A DNA stretch of 64,000 nt, taken from an uncultured Candidatus Saccharibacteria bacterium. GTDB lineage: Bacteria > Patescibacteriota > Minisyncoccia > Phycocordibacterales > CAIZLB01. The notes below the pieces were generated by a model. That model searched no databases and was not told the origin of the DNA. It saw only the letters and a program-made list of their open reading frames with translations. The position numbers and the translations under genes are program-made. The stretch lies in the NCBI GenBank assembly GCA_964368945.1, contig CAYJDM010000006.1, positions 22,546-86,545 of the forward strand, read 5' to 3'. This document shows, piece by piece, positions 36,467-47,099 of the stretch; the first letter of the stretch is position 1; each line of letters begins with the position of its first letter.

Positions 36467-38815
36467 TTATTTCGCTTCTTGCAGCTGCTTGATCGCCGCA
36501 TCGATCTGAGAAGTGAGGGTCGCATCGATCGCCTTGAGCGCATTCATTTCCTTGATCGCATTGCTCTTGTCCTTCAGTCGGACATAGACATTGATGAGCG
36601 TCGATCGCAATTCCACATTCTTTGGATCCGCTTCGATCTCCTTCTTGATGAGCGAGATGATTCGTGCCTGCTGCTTCGTATTGAGATATGCATTCAATAC
36701 GGCGACATCCTGGACGTATGCGAGCTTGGCCTCAGTCGTAGTCGCGAATGCCTCAGCCTCTGCCGCCTTTCCTACCAAGACAAGGGATGCGATATAGAAT
36801 CGCTTCGCCTCCTCATTTCGCGGCTCGAGATTATATGCATAGAGAGCGGTATCGTATGCTTCCTGATTTTTGCCCAGCTGCATCTCAGTGACGATCTGCA
36901 TGATGAGGAAAGACTGCTTCTTTGGAGAAAGAGCGACGACCTCCTTGACCTGATTGTATGCCTGCTCATTCATGCCGAGCTGGCTGAGCAGCATCGTATA
37001 GAAGTATCGAGGGCGAGGATCCTTCGGGCTTCGCGCGAATTCCTTTTCGAAAGCCGCAGTGATGTATCCGAATGCGGCAGACTTAACCTCAGGCGAAGCA
37101 TTCGATGTCAGCAAAGCAGAACCCTTCTGAGCGAGCTGCTCGAGCTGTTCGGTATTCGTCATGACATTCATCTCATATGCTTCCTTCACCTTTTCGAATT
37201 GCTGTTCGGGTGTCTGCTTTACGACTTTGCCAGCAGAGTTCCTCGTTTCAGGTCGCAAGCCATCGAGAAGGACGCTATTGGCATATACCGGCTTGAGATT
37301 CACCTGATAATATACGAAGCCCATGACGACCGCGCCGATGACTGATGCGGCCAATGCATATGTAGCCTGCATGCCGAAGTCCATCCGATCGTTCTTTGAC
37401 TGCTTATGATTATGCGCGGTTCCATTTGCATGCGCATGCTCTGCCAATCGCTGCTCCTTATCGGATCGATATGCATCATGAATGAAAGCGAGGACCGAGA
37501 AGAATAGGATATAGCTCGAGAGGTTATCGAATACGAATATATTGTGACCGAGATATGCGGCGAATCCTCCGATGATGACCGCTTTCGCTCCGAATGACAT
37601 ATTCTGCGGAGAGATTTTCCAAAGCATATAGATAGCCAACGCGAATAGCGATAGGTATGAAAGGAGTCCCAAGATTCCGGCAGAGACCATCCAGTCGGTG
37701 AATACATTATGGCTTCGATCGAACCATTGCTCCTGCGCATACATAGCCGGATTGTATTTTTCCGCGAATACATAATGGAAATCGTCCAGCCCCCATCCGA
37801 GCACAGGCCTGTCCTTTACGCCATCCCATGCGATGCCCCAGAGCATGGTTCGCGCGCTTCCCTGATTCTCGAGCACGCCCTTCACGTCGAGCGTCACCAA
37901 TTCAGCGAATCGGCTGAGCATGTCTGAATTCTTTATGAATGCAGCCTGCTTAAACAAGCCGAGGAAGAGAACGACGGCAACAGAGAATATGACGAGCGTT
38001 ATGCCCACCTTGCGCAATGCCTTGTTCTGCCGCTCGAAGATCGCGATGAGAACGGAAGAGATGAAGATTCCTCCCACAAGGCCTACGAATGATCCTCGGG
38101 TACCCGTATTGAAGAGAACGATGAGATTGAAGATCGCGACCAGAGAATAGAATCCGATCGAGACGAAGGATCCTTGCTCCGAAAGCGCTTTCATAGAGCG
38201 ATGTCCTATTTTTTTCATAATAAAAAACAGACAGACGAAGATATGGATCAAGGAATAGACTCCCAGATAGCTGGAATTGCCCAATCGGCCGAAGATTCGG
38301 TAGCCGGTATGGTTCGGATCAGAATAGAATGTGAGGAAAGCCTCGATTCCCACGATGACGCTCATTATGAGAGTGGCATTGAAAAACCATGTCCACCAGC
38401 CATCTTTCTTTTTCATAGTAGATCCAGCGACGAGGAAGAATGCGAATAGATGCAAAAAGAGAACCAATCCCTCCATTCGCTCAAAGTTGCTCCAGAATGC
38501 CTTGAGCGGATCGATAGCGAAGATGGTAGAAAGGCTCAGGATGACGAGGAAGGCGCCCACTCCCCACATGAGCGGAGACATCTTTGGCCGAGAATCCCTG
38601 TCGATGACCGCCAATACTATATATATGAGTACGGCTAATTCGGCTACGACTCTGAAATAGACCGCCTTTCCGGTAATGAATGGGAAAAACAGGTCATTAA
38701 ACATCACGAACGGACTAATGACTGCCAGCATTATGACGAATGGCAGTATGTTTTTTAGGGTATTGGCTAATTTTTTCATACCCGCAAGTATATCATCAAA
38801 ACCAAGCCCTTTCAT
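36467..38815 (-). CDS. O-antigen ligase / Wzy-like polytopic membrane protein with C-terminal TPR repeats
   Basis: Start placed at the ATG at 38815 (MKGLGFDDILAGMKKLANTLKNILPFVIM), preceded by GAGGA. The ORF-track start at 39220 would overlap the divergent epimerase gene. About 10 TM helices. Wzy_C-like GTRGSFVGLVGGIF. The C-terminal 300 aa are TPR-like (AYNQVKEVVALSP..., AYDTALYAYNLEP...). Confidence 0.7.
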   Translation of the reverse strand: MKGLGFDDILAGMKKLANTLKNILPFVIMLAVISPFVMFNDLFFPFITGKAVYFRVVAELAVLIYIVLAVIDRDSRPKMSPLMWGVGAFLVILSLSTIFAIDPLKAFWSNFERMEGLVLFLHLFAFFLVAGSTMKKKDGWWTWFFNATLIMSVIVGIEAFLTFYSDPNHTGYRIFGRLGNSSYLGVYSLIHIFVCLFFIMKKIGHRSMKALSEQGSFVSIGFYSLVAIFNLIVLFNTGTRGSFVGLVGGIFISSVLIAIFERQNKALRKVGITLVIFSVAVVLFLGLFKQAAFIKNSDMLSRFAELVTLDVKGVLENQGSARTMLWGIAWDGVKDRPVLGWGLDDFHYVFAEKYNPAMYAQEQWFDRSHNVFTDWMVSAGILGLLSYLSLFALAIYMLWKISPQNMSFGAKAVIIGGFAAYLGHNIFVFDNLSSYILFFSVLAFIHDAYRSDKEQRLAEHAHANGTAHNHKQSKNDRMDFGMQATYALAASVIGAVVMGFVYYQVNLKPVYANSVLLDGLRPETRNSAGKVVKQTPEQQFEKVKEAYEMNVMTNTEQLEQLAQKGSALLTSNASPEVKSAAFGYITAAFEKEFARSPKDPRPRYFYTMLLSQLGMNEQAYNQVKEVVALSPKKQSFLIMQIVTEMQLGKNQEAYDTALYAYNLEPRNEEAKRFYIASLVLVGKAAEAEAFATTTEAKLAYVQDVAVLNAYLNTKQQARIISLIKKEIEADPKNVELRSTLINVYVRLKDKSNAIKEMNALKAIDATLTSQIDAAIKQLQEAK

Positions 38816-38912
38816 TCCCCTGCTAAGTCCTCGGTCTGCCAAGTCAGACCCTAACAGCCCAGATGCCGCCAAGTGACAAAGCTTCCGGCTTGCCCTATAA
38901 TTTGCTCCATAT

Positions 38913-39890
38913 ATGACTACATCAAAAACAGCCCTGGTTTGCGGCGCGGGAGGATTCATTGGCAGCCATTTGGTAAAGCGACTCAAGTCTGAAGGATATT
39001 GGGTTCGAGGCGTAGACCTCAAAAATCCGGACTTCGGAGCCTCTTTTGCCGATGATTTCGTCATCGGAGATTTGCGAGACCAGAGCATATGCAAGGCAAT
39101 CCTTGATCGGCCTTTCGATGAGGTATACCAGCTCGCAGCGGATATGGGCGGAGCGGGATATATTTTCACTGGAGAGCATGATGCGGACGTGATGCACAAT
39201 TCAGCGACGATCAACCTCAATATCGCTCACTATGGTCAGATCGCTGGCATCAAGAAGATTTTTTACTCATCATCAGCCTGCATGTACCCCGCATACAATC
39301 AGGAAGATCCAGAAAATCCAAACTGCAAGGAGGATTCTGCCTACCCTGCCGCTCCAGATAGCGAATATGGCTGGGAAAAGCTTTTCAGCGAGCGACTCTA
39401 TCTCGCATATAATCGAAACTATGGATTGAATGTGCGAGTCGCGCGATTCCACAATATCTTCGGACCAGAAGGAACATGGACTGGCGGAAAGGAAAAAGCC
39501 CCAGCAGCAATGTGCCGAAAAGTGGCAATGGCAGCCGACGGCGGAGAGATTGAGATCTGGGGCGATGGCAAGCAGACGCGATCATTCCTATATATAGACG
39601 AATGCCTCGAAGGCGTGCGAAGATTGATGAATCAGGACGAATTCCTAGGACCGGTCAATATCGGATCTGATGAAATGGTTACTATCAATCAGCTCGCAGA
39701 AATGACGGCAGAAATCGCTGGCAAGAAAATCGACCTCAAGCATATCGACGGTCCGCTCGGAGTGCGGGGACGAAACTCTGACAACACCCTCATTAACGAA
39801 AAGCTCGGATGGGCTCCTGGCAAGACTTTGCGAGAAGGACTCGAGAAGACATATGCTTGGATCAATGAGCAGGTTGAAAAAAATAAATAA
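38913..39890 (+). CDS. NAD-dependent nucleotide-sugar epimerase/dehydratase (extended SDR; GDP-mannose 3,5-epimerase-like)
   Basis: Rossmann motif VCGAGGFIGSH. Catalytic YGWEK (YxxxK). Confidence 0.8.
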   Translation: MTTSKTALVCGAGGFIGSHLVKRLKSEGYWVRGVDLKNPDFGASFADDFVIGDLRDQSICKAILDRPFDEVYQLAADMGGAGYIFTGEHDADVMHNSATINLNIAHYGQIAGIKKIFYSSSACMYPAYNQEDPENPNCKEDSAYPAAPDSEYGWEKLFSERLYLAYNRNYGLNVRVARFHNIFGPEGTWTGGKEKAPAAMCRKVAMAADGGEIEIWGDGKQTRSFLYIDECLEGVRRLMNQDEFLGPVNIGSDEMVTINQLAEMTAEIAGKKIDLKHIDGPLGVRGRNSDNTLINEKLGWAPGKTLREGLEKTYAWINEQVEKNK

Positions 39891-41173
39891 TGTCCGCCAT
39901 ATCCAAACTGAAGGTTATCTTGTCCCATGGTGGGTTCAAACGCTATTTCGCTAATACTGGATGGCTTGTAGTTGGGCGCGGCATCGCTCTCATCCTTTCA
40001 TTCTTTGTGGCTACGTATGTGGCGAGATATCTTGGACCGACCAATTATGGAACCCTTAGCTATGCGATCGGTTTCGTGGGGCTCTTTTCATTCCTTGCCA
40101 ATCTTGGAATCGACCAGATCATCTACAGAGAACTGATCAAGGATCCGGGAAAAAGGGATATCCTGTTGGGATCATCACTAGGGCTCAAGCTCGGCGCAGG
40201 AACGCTCGCATTCGCATTGGCAAGCATCACTTCCCTTTTTATCGACAAGAGCGCATTCGTGACATCGCTGATTTTCATCATCAGCCTTTCATTCTTGTTC
40301 CAGCCATTCCATATCGTCAATTTTTATTTCCAATCTCAAGTAAAGGCGAAAAAAATAACCATAGTCCAATTGATAGTGGCATCCATCCTCGCCATCGCGA
40401 AGGTGGCTCTCGCCCTATACGGATTCGGAATCTATTATTTTTCTGCCATATTCGTTCTCGAGGCTTTGCTATACGCGATATTCTATATCTCGCTCTACCA
40501 CAAGAGCGGCAATGCACTGGCATGGAGATTCGATAAAAAAATGGCATGGTTCATCCTGAGCGAATCTTGGCCATATATGATCGCCACCGCCCTTGCCGTC
40601 ATTTATACGCGCATCGATCAGGTGATGATAAAACATATTATCGATACGACTTCAGTGGGCATATACGATGCCGCCGTTCGAGTGGCTGAAATATGGTATT
40701 TCATTCCCGGAGCAATCATCACATCGATGTTCCCCGCGATAGTCAATGCGAGAAAGGCGGCAGATGGCAGCTATGAAAGAAGGCTGCGGCATTTCTTTGT
40801 CATCATCACGATAATCGCAGCCGCATTCGCCTTGCCGATACATCTGCTATCGAAATGGATAATCAATACTCTATACGGCATCGGATATTCGGGCGCCGAT
40901 GGCATCCTCAGCATCTATGTTTGGGGAGGGATAGGATTCAGCCTCTCTATGGCGATTACGCAGTATCTGAGCGCGGAGCATCGCAAGGTGGCAATATTCG
41001 CCAGCTCTCTCATCGGCATGATCATCAATATCACCCTCAATATCGTCTGGATTCCGATATATGGCATGCAGGGGGCGGCTTGGGCAACCCTCGTGGCATA
41101 CTCAATCCTGCCATTTACAATCCTCGTTTTCAGGCCTATCAGAAAGCATATTATCCTGATTTGCAAGTCCTAA
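39890..41173 (+). CDS. Wzx-type oligosaccharide flippase (polysaccharide biosynthesis protein, MOP superfamily)
   Basis: 427 aa with about 12 TM helices. The N-terminus FANTGWLVVGRGIALILSFFVATYVARYLGPTNYGTLSYAIGF is typical of Wzx/RfbX. Start overlaps the upstream stop. Confidence 0.75.
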   Translation: MSAISKLKVILSHGGFKRYFANTGWLVVGRGIALILSFFVATYVARYLGPTNYGTLSYAIGFVGLFSFLANLGIDQIIYRELIKDPGKRDILLGSSLGLKLGAGTLAFALASITSLFIDKSAFVTSLIFIISLSFLFQPFHIVNFYFQSQVKAKKITIVQLIVASILAIAKVALALYGFGIYYFSAIFVLEALLYAIFYISLYHKSGNALAWRFDKKMAWFILSESWPYMIATALAVIYTRIDQVMIKHIIDTTSVGIYDAAVRVAEIWYFIPGAIITSMFPAIVNARKAADGSYERRLRHFFVIITIIAAAFALPIHLLSKWIINTLYGIGYSGADGILSIYVWGGIGFSLSMAITQYLSAEHRKVAIFASSLIGMIINITLNIVWIPIYGMQGAAWATLVAYSILPFTILVFRPIRKHIILICKS

Positions 41174-41206
41174 TCCGTCGGAAATCGGTATGATATACTG
41201 TCATTC

Positions 41207-42070
41207 ATGATTACAAAACCGGCAGTGGATGCAGCATTGAAGCAGATCGATAGCGAAGTCAGAACGTTGAAGATATCCCCTAAAAGCCTCGTTAAATTCA
41301 CCGACTCGAAGGATGACCAGCGATTCTTCAGCTACTTCAATGGGACGAATGAGTATTATCACCGTGCGCTTCCCCTTTTGATCAATAAGCTCGGGCTCAA
41401 GAATATAGTCGAGCTCGGCAGCCGCGAAGGAGTATCGACGCTCTGCATCTGGGATATGCTTCCTGCCGATGCTCACTTTACGACCATAGACCTGCTCAAG
41501 GATCAGCGATATTGTCCTGATGCCATGTATTCCGACCCGCGAGTCGATTTTATCTTTGGAGATGTCAGTGACCTCTCCATCTTCGAGGGCAAATACCCTT
41601 TTGATATAGACCTGCTTTTCTCCGATACGATTCATTATAATTTCCAGGTCACTGACGAATTCGAAATCTATCAGTATTTCTTGGCAGATACCTGCCTCTT
41701 TGCAATCGACGATATTCATATAAACGATAAGGAGAAATTTTTCGATAAGATTCCATATGAGAAATGGGATCTGACCGAGCTATATCACAAATCAGGCTGG
41801 GGAATGTTTCTATATAAGCGAAAGGAAAAGCTGACCCGCGAAGAGCGATTGCTGAAAGCATATCAAGCCTCTGCGGCAATCTGGAAGCGGAAGACCGAAG
41901 AACAAGAGGCCATCGCACAGAAATTCACCAAACGGTCACCGAAGCATATTGCCAAGGCGACGATCAAGAGGGTAAAGCCCCTGCATTCCCTGCTGACAGG
42001 CGCGTATAATAGATACAATGCGAATCGGCTCCGCAAGCGAACGCAAAGCATAATCAATCCAAACAAATGA
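41207..42070 (+). CDS. putative class I SAM-dependent O-methyltransferase (CmcI/family-3-like)
   Basis: VELGSREGVSTLCIWDML (motif I-like), TTIDL, DLLFSDTIH (motif II-like). Weak, pattern-based. Confidence 0.4.
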   Translation: MITKPAVDAALKQIDSEVRTLKISPKSLVKFTDSKDDQRFFSYFNGTNEYYHRALPLLINKLGLKNIVELGSREGVSTLCIWDMLPADAHFTTIDLLKDQRYCPDAMYSDPRVDFIFGDVSDLSIFEGKYPFDIDLLFSDTIHYNFQVTDEFEIYQYFLADTCLFAIDDIHINDKEKFFDKIPYEKWDLTELYHKSGWGMFLYKRKEKLTREERLLKAYQASAAIWKRKTEEQEAIAQKFTKRSPKHIAKATIKRVKPLHSLLTGAYNRYNANRLRKRTQSIINPNK

Positions 42071-43011
42071 AGATAATCGCCCTTTTTCCCATAAAGAATG
42101 ACCGCTGGATACTCGATATCGTCATACCCCAGCTAAAGAAATTCGCCGACGAAATCCTCGTATTGGACGGAGGATCGACGGATGGTACGATAGAAACCCT
42201 CAGATCGTATGGCGTAGAGGTCAAGGATCAGGACCAGTCGAATATGAATTATTCATCATGGCGGCAAGAGCTGCTTGATTGGGGGCGCGAGCGAGGCGGC
42301 ACACATTTCATCTGGCTCGATGCTGATGAGGCATTCACTACGAATTTTCTTCCGATTTTCCGAGACGAGATAGCCAAGCTCAAGCCGGGACAAAAGCTCG
42401 CGATGCAATGGCTTTGCCTTTGGAAAAGCCCATATGTATACCGTGAGGATTCTTCGGTATGGAGCAATCTCTATAAGGATTTCGTATTCTGCGATGACGG
42501 AAAGGCGGTTTTCGAAAGAATAAAGCTCCATGAGGGCCGAACGCCCGGACCGAATAATGAGGAAACTTGGGTTAGGCTGCCGTTGGAAAAAGGAGGCGTT
42601 CTCCATTTTCAATTCGTTCCATTCCAGCGCTTTCAGATCAAGCAGGCTTTCATGAAATGCAGAGAGCATATTATGAACAATGCCACTCCGCGACGGCTGA
42701 ATTATAAATATAGCGAGACGCTTGATACGAAAAAGGCCCGCACAAAGCCGATTCCAGAAGCATGGCTCGAGGGCATTACGGGAATGGACAAGATCGAAGA
42801 CACTGCCAATACGTCATATGACAAGCAGATCATGCAGTACTTCGACGAGAAAGGAATCGAATTTTTTGAGCCAATGCAGATTTGGCATATCAAAAAATAT
42901 GCGGATATGTTTATTTCAAAAGTCGGTCGCAAGCCTCGTCCTCAGGCCCACCCTGCCATCGTCATCTGGGCGGCAAAATTGCGAGCTAAGATAAAGAAAG
43001 CATTACGATGA
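42067..43011 (+). CDS. glycosyltransferase family 2-like
   Basis: ILVLDGGSTDGT is the GT2 nucleotide-binding signature. WLDADEAF is a DxD-like motif. ATGA overlap with the upstream gene. Confidence 0.6.
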   Translation: MKIIALFPIKNDRWILDIVIPQLKKFADEILVLDGGSTDGTIETLRSYGVEVKDQDQSNMNYSSWRQELLDWGRERGGTHFIWLDADEAFTTNFLPIFRDEIAKLKPGQKLAMQWLCLWKSPYVYREDSSVWSNLYKDFVFCDDGKAVFERIKLHEGRTPGPNNEETWVRLPLEKGGVLHFQFVPFQRFQIKQAFMKCREHIMNNATPRRLNYKYSETLDTKKARTKPIPEAWLEGITGMDKIEDTANTSYDKQIMQYFDEKGIEFFEPMQIWHIKKYADMFISKVGRKPRPQAHPAIVIWAAKLRAKIKKALR

Positions 43012-45137
43012 TCAATGAAGCCGAGGCAAGGAATTCAAAGATGAAGGTCGCCTTCGTCAAATTCGGAGGCGTGACCATAGGCGGCAGCGAGCTCTGGATC
43101 CAGAAGATGGCGGTCAATCTCCCGAAGGAAAATCTGGAGATCGACTATTATTATTGCGACGATACGCCCTATATAGGAGGCGACCATACTCCTGCCGAAT
43201 CAAGCCCGGAAAGAATCGAATACCTCCGGAACAATGGCGTCAATGTCATCAAATTCTCGGTCAAGGCAAAAGATATCCGAACGCTCACGCATGACTGGGT
43301 CGATACTGATTTTTGGGAAAAATTCGACGAGTCAAAATACGATCTGATCCAGACCGTCAAAGCGGGCCCGAAAGAATATCCTTTTTATAAGATGACGAAG
43401 CCCGTCGTCGAAATCGTCGCGCTGGCCAATCGACCTGATACGAGCAAGAATATCGCATGGAGCTTTCATTCTTCGAATTGGCAGAGAGCTCAATGGATTC
43501 GAATCGGAGGATCGATCAAGAAGAGCTCAGTGCTCACTTCCCCTATCGAGACGCCGCAATCGACCGAGAATTACAGAGCAGATCTCGGCATTCCAGCCGA
43601 TGCGATCGTCGCTGGCTTTCATCAAAGAAACGATGACCTCATATTCAGCCCAATCCCTCTCAATGCCTTCGCGGAGCTTAGGAAGAAATACCCTGAGGAA
43701 TCCAAGAATTGGCATTTCATAATCAAAAATGGAAGCGGCCTATATCGCGATCAGGCAAAGAAGCTCGGGCTGGAAAATATCCATTTCCTCGGCCGCACGC
43801 CGGACAGCGCAAGCGTTTCCAAATTCCTCAATACGCTGGATATCTTTGCGCATGGCAGAGCGGACGGAGAGACATTCGGAGCGATTTTCGTCGAAGCGAT
43901 GATGCATGGCAAGCCTTGCATATCGCACTATAGTCCGGAAGGCGCCAATGCGCAGCCGGAGACCATGGGACCCGCGGGAGTCTTTGCGATGAATGAGGGC
44001 GAATATGCCGTCCTTCTCGGCAGGCTTTTTACCGATAGCGCTTATCGCAATAAACTCGCAAGCAAGGCGAAATCGCATGTCGAATCGTATTATTCGATGG
44101 ACAAATGCATAGCCGAGACGATAGAAATCTATGAGAGGATTTCTGGCAAAAAAATCTCGGATGAGAAATACCGCCAGCTGACATTGCATCGGCCGATTCC
44201 CTATGGATATTCCGATATGGGTTTTCTCTATGCCGGAGATATGAATAAGATCGACAATATCGCCTATCATGTGCTCTATGGCGGAATTCCTGAAGCATTC
44301 GATGTCGCGATCGTCAGGGCCCTTCTTCCTTTTACAAATACCTTCTATGATGTCGGGGCGAATACCGGCATCTACTGCTGGATTGCAGCACAGAATTATG
44401 CGAAGCGAGAGGATCGGACGAAGACCAAGGCATACGCCTTCGAACCGCAATCGGATTGCGTGATCGCTTTAGAGGCGACCAGGACATTGAATAATTGGGA
44501 AGGCATAGTCGACATTCTGCCTATCGGCGTCGGTGACCAGCCAGGAAAAGGCAAGCTCTATCTTTCGGGAACAGGAAGCAGCCTGACTGATGATTTCGCA
44601 GGAAAAGACCTGCCTGCGCAAACGATCGAAATCAAGACCCTCGATTCCCTCCGAAATGATTCCGCCCATTCGAATAATCAGCCTGCGGATTTTATCAAGA
44701 TAGACGTCGAAGGATTCGAGCTCGCCGTGCTTCACGGAGCCGCTGAAACCATCTCGAACGATAAGCCCATTCTATTTATCGAAATAGCCAACCGCATCCA
44801 GAGCAGGAATTTCAAGAATGAAAAATACGCCGAGACGCTTGCATGGCTCAGGGATCATGGCTATCGCATCTGGAAATGCCATAACAATGCGATTGAGGAA
44901 ATCAACGCCCGATATGATGGCGATCCGCAAATCGATATGTATCTTTGCCTTCATAAGGAAAAACATGCCGACCTCGTGCCCGTATTCACGAATGCCGTGA
45001 AGGCATATAGGTCAGAAAATCTGATACTTGGATTAGTCGAGAAGAGACTCGTGAGAAAAGCCATCCGAAGGATCATCCCGCCTTATATCACCCTTCCAAA
45101 GCTCTTGGCATATGCCAAGCGAATGCTTCGACTTTAG
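43008..45137 (+). CDS. bifunctional protein: N-terminal GT4-like glycosyltransferase fused to a C-terminal FkbM-family methyltransferase
   Basis: N-terminal part has ETFGAIFVEAMMHGKPCISHYS (GT4 E-x7-E). C-terminal part has FYDVGANTGIYCW and DFIKIDVEGFELAVLHGA (FkbM motifs). 709 aa. Confidence 0.65.
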   Translation: MINEAEARNSKMKVAFVKFGGVTIGGSELWIQKMAVNLPKENLEIDYYYCDDTPYIGGDHTPAESSPERIEYLRNNGVNVIKFSVKAKDIRTLTHDWVDTDFWEKFDESKYDLIQTVKAGPKEYPFYKMTKPVVEIVALANRPDTSKNIAWSFHSSNWQRAQWIRIGGSIKKSSVLTSPIETPQSTENYRADLGIPADAIVAGFHQRNDDLIFSPIPLNAFAELRKKYPEESKNWHFIIKNGSGLYRDQAKKLGLENIHFLGRTPDSASVSKFLNTLDIFAHGRADGETFGAIFVEAMMHGKPCISHYSPEGANAQPETMGPAGVFAMNEGEYAVLLGRLFTDSAYRNKLASKAKSHVESYYSMDKCIAETIEIYERISGKKISDEKYRQLTLHRPIPYGYSDMGFLYAGDMNKIDNIAYHVLYGGIPEAFDVAIVRALLPFTNTFYDVGANTGIYCWIAAQNYAKREDRTKTKAYAFEPQSDCVIALEATRTLNNWEGIVDILPIGVGDQPGKGKLYLSGTGSSLTDDFAGKDLPAQTIEIKTLDSLRNDSAHSNNQPADFIKIDVEGFELAVLHGAAETISNDKPILFIEIANRIQSRNFKNEKYAETLAWLRDHGYRIWKCHNNAIEEINARYDGDPQIDMYLCLHKEKHADLVPVFTNAVKAYRSENLILGLVEKRLVRKAIRRIIPPYITLPKLLAYAKRMLRL

Positions 45138-46120
45138 AAGTCGGTCAATTCATTCTGAATATATTTGACCGTCTTTTGTATGCCTTCTCTGATCGAATGC
45201 GTGACCTTCCACCCTATCTTCTTCAGCTTGGAATTGTCGAGATGAACGAAGCCATTGTCTCCCTTCCATCCTATTTTTCCTCCTTCATATTCTTTCTTTA
45301 TCTTTATATTGCCTGATTCGAGGATGGAATCCACGATATCGTTCACGGTAATCACCTCGTCATGCCCGATATTGAATATATTGACCTTTCCCTTTCCAGC
45401 CTTGATCGCCATAAACATGGCATTTACCCCATCGCCGACATAGATAGAAGACTTCTTCTGCTTACCGTCTGAAAGCAGCGGCAAGACCTTCGGATTCTTT
45501 TTTACCTTCTTGAGTACATCATAGATGATGCCATGCGTATACCTCTCTCCGACGAATGATACGAATCGGAAGATATATGCATTCCAATCATAATAGCTTG
45601 CATATGCCTGAATATAGGTCTCAGATGAAGCCTTCGCAGCGCCATAGAGCGAAGTCGGCGCAAAAGGCGCATCTTCAGGCGTAGGATGTATTTCGGCATC
45701 GCCGTATACTGACGAGGTAGAAGCGAATGCGATCTTTTTTACCCCATTCTTGAACATGGCCTCGAGAACCGAATGCGTCGCCTCGAGATTCTGCTCATGA
45801 TTCCTATAATGATCATTGAGGCCGCTTCGCACATCTGCATGTCCGGCAATGTGAAATACGAAATCCACTCCCTTCATCGCTTTCGTCAGCTTTTTTGTGT
45901 CCAAGACATCGCCAGTGATCAGCTTGAAATTCTTATTCTTGAGATGATGCGCGACGAATTGCTTTCTTCCTGTAGAAAAATCATCATAGACGATCGCCTC
46001 ATTACCTTCCGCGATGATTCTGTCGACGATATGCGAGCCGATGAACCCTGACCCGCCTGTAACGAGGTACTTGATTTTCGCCTTTGTCTCTGGCTTCTTA
46101 GTTTGTTTTGTTTTTTTCAT
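45134..46120 (-). CDS. UDP-sugar 4-epimerase-like NAD-dependent epimerase/dehydratase with a Lys-rich N-terminal extension
   Basis: MKKTKQTKKPETKAK followed by YLVTGGSGFIGSH. Catalytic YGAAKASSE (YxxxK). Confidence 0.8.
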   Translation of the reverse strand: MKKTKQTKKPETKAKIKYLVTGGSGFIGSHIVDRIIAEGNEAIVYDDFSTGRKQFVAHHLKNKNFKLITGDVLDTKKLTKAMKGVDFVFHIAGHADVRSGLNDHYRNHEQNLEATHSVLEAMFKNGVKKIAFASTSSVYGDAEIHPTPEDAPFAPTSLYGAAKASSETYIQAYASYYDWNAYIFRFVSFVGERYTHGIIYDVLKKVKKNPKVLPLLSDGKQKKSSIYVGDGVNAMFMAIKAGKGKVNIFNIGHDEVITVNDIVDSILESGNIKIKKEYEGGKIGWKGDNGFVHLDNSKLKKIGWKVTHSIREGIQKTVKYIQNELTDF

Positions 46121-47090
46121 ATGCCTGATTGATTATTGATAAAGCGTATTTCGCCTTCTTGAGCTCCTCATCTCCCGTATCCCCTTCTCTGATCTTTTTC
46201 AAAAAGATTTTATTCTCCGCCTCCCAGCTATTGTCATCGCCTGGAAATTCGAATTCATCGACTTTGGGCGGACCCATTTCAGGACTCATTGTATAAAGGG
46301 TAAGCTTTTCTGTTCCATAGCTGCGGCCGAGTCCGTCGATCTGAATCTTGGCGGTTTTGAGCATGATTTCAAAGCTGAATACATTCTTCCATTCGAGACA
46401 TGTGGTTACGAGATTGGCGACAGCAGTCGGACCTTTCAATATGAGAAAAGCGGAATCCTCGAGCTTGGTCTTCCAATACAATGTATCGGTATGAGCGAAT
46501 TTGCATTTGAGCTCGCCCGCAAACATATTGGTTAGATCGATGAGATGGCATCCCTGATCGAGAAGCTGTCCTCCGCCCGAAATCTCCTTATCGAATCGCC
46601 ATTCCTTTTCATACCCTAGGCGAGCGCCATGTCCGTATTTCGCGCGAATGAATAAAACCGGACCGTACTTGCCCGAATCAACGAGAGCCTTCGCTTTCTG
46701 CATGGCAGGATGGTAGCGATGATTGTATCCGAACAATACTACGGATTTCTTGCCCGCTTTCTTGTATGCGCTCTCGAGTTTTTTGAAATCAGCGAGATTG
46801 CGAGCGCCAGGCTTCTCGAGCAGAACATGCTTGCCTTTGGCGATGGCCGCGGCTCCGATAAGCGAGAGATTATTATTCGTGGTGCAGACGATGACGGCAT
46901 CGATCGATGGATCGCTTACCACTTTCTTCCAATCGGTTTCCGCGCGGCATTTGAATTCAGCCGCAAATGCATCCGCTCTCGCTTTGTCGATATCGCAGAT
47001 GACGGCAAGCTTCGCTCCGTTCTTTCCTTTTGGAAGAGACAGCGCGCGTTTTTTTCCTATGAGACCAGCTCCGATGATTGCTATATTCAT
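46098..47090 (-). CDS. Gfo/Idh/MocA family oxidoreductase (WbpB-like sugar-nucleotide dehydrogenase)
   Basis: MNIAIIGAGLIGKKRA Rossmann N-terminus and characteristic C-terminal alpha/beta domain. Overlaps the upstream gene by 23 nt. Confidence 0.8.
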   Translation of the reverse strand: MNIAIIGAGLIGKKRALSLPKGKNGAKLAVICDIDKARADAFAAEFKCRAETDWKKVVSDPSIDAVIVCTTNNNLSLIGAAAIAKGKHVLLEKPGARNLADFKKLESAYKKAGKKSVVLFGYNHRYHPAMQKAKALVDSGKYGPVLFIRAKYGHGARLGYEKEWRFDKEISGGGQLLDQGCHLIDLTNMFAGELKCKFAHTDTLYWKTKLEDSAFLILKGPTAVANLVTTCLEWKNVFSFEIMLKTAKIQIDGLGRSYGTEKLTLYTMSPEMGPPKVDEFEFPGDDNSWEAENKIFLKKIREGDTGDEELKKAKYALSIINQAYEKNKTN

Positions 47091-47099
47091 ATTGTTTTA

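Noticed and set aside
36479-37345. 288 aa plus-strand ORF
   Set aside because: It is antisense to the TPR domain of the Wzy-like gene, whose reading frame is supported by TM topology and TPR periodicity.
38816-39220. N-terminal 135 aa extension of the Wzy-like ORF (ORF-track start 39220)
   Set aside because: It would overlap the divergent epimerase gene by about 300 nt and has no hydrophobic or conserved character. The ATG at 38815 with an upstream GAGGA is the more likely start.
43740-44450. 236 aa minus-strand ORF
   Set aside because: Antisense within the GT4-FkbM fusion gene.
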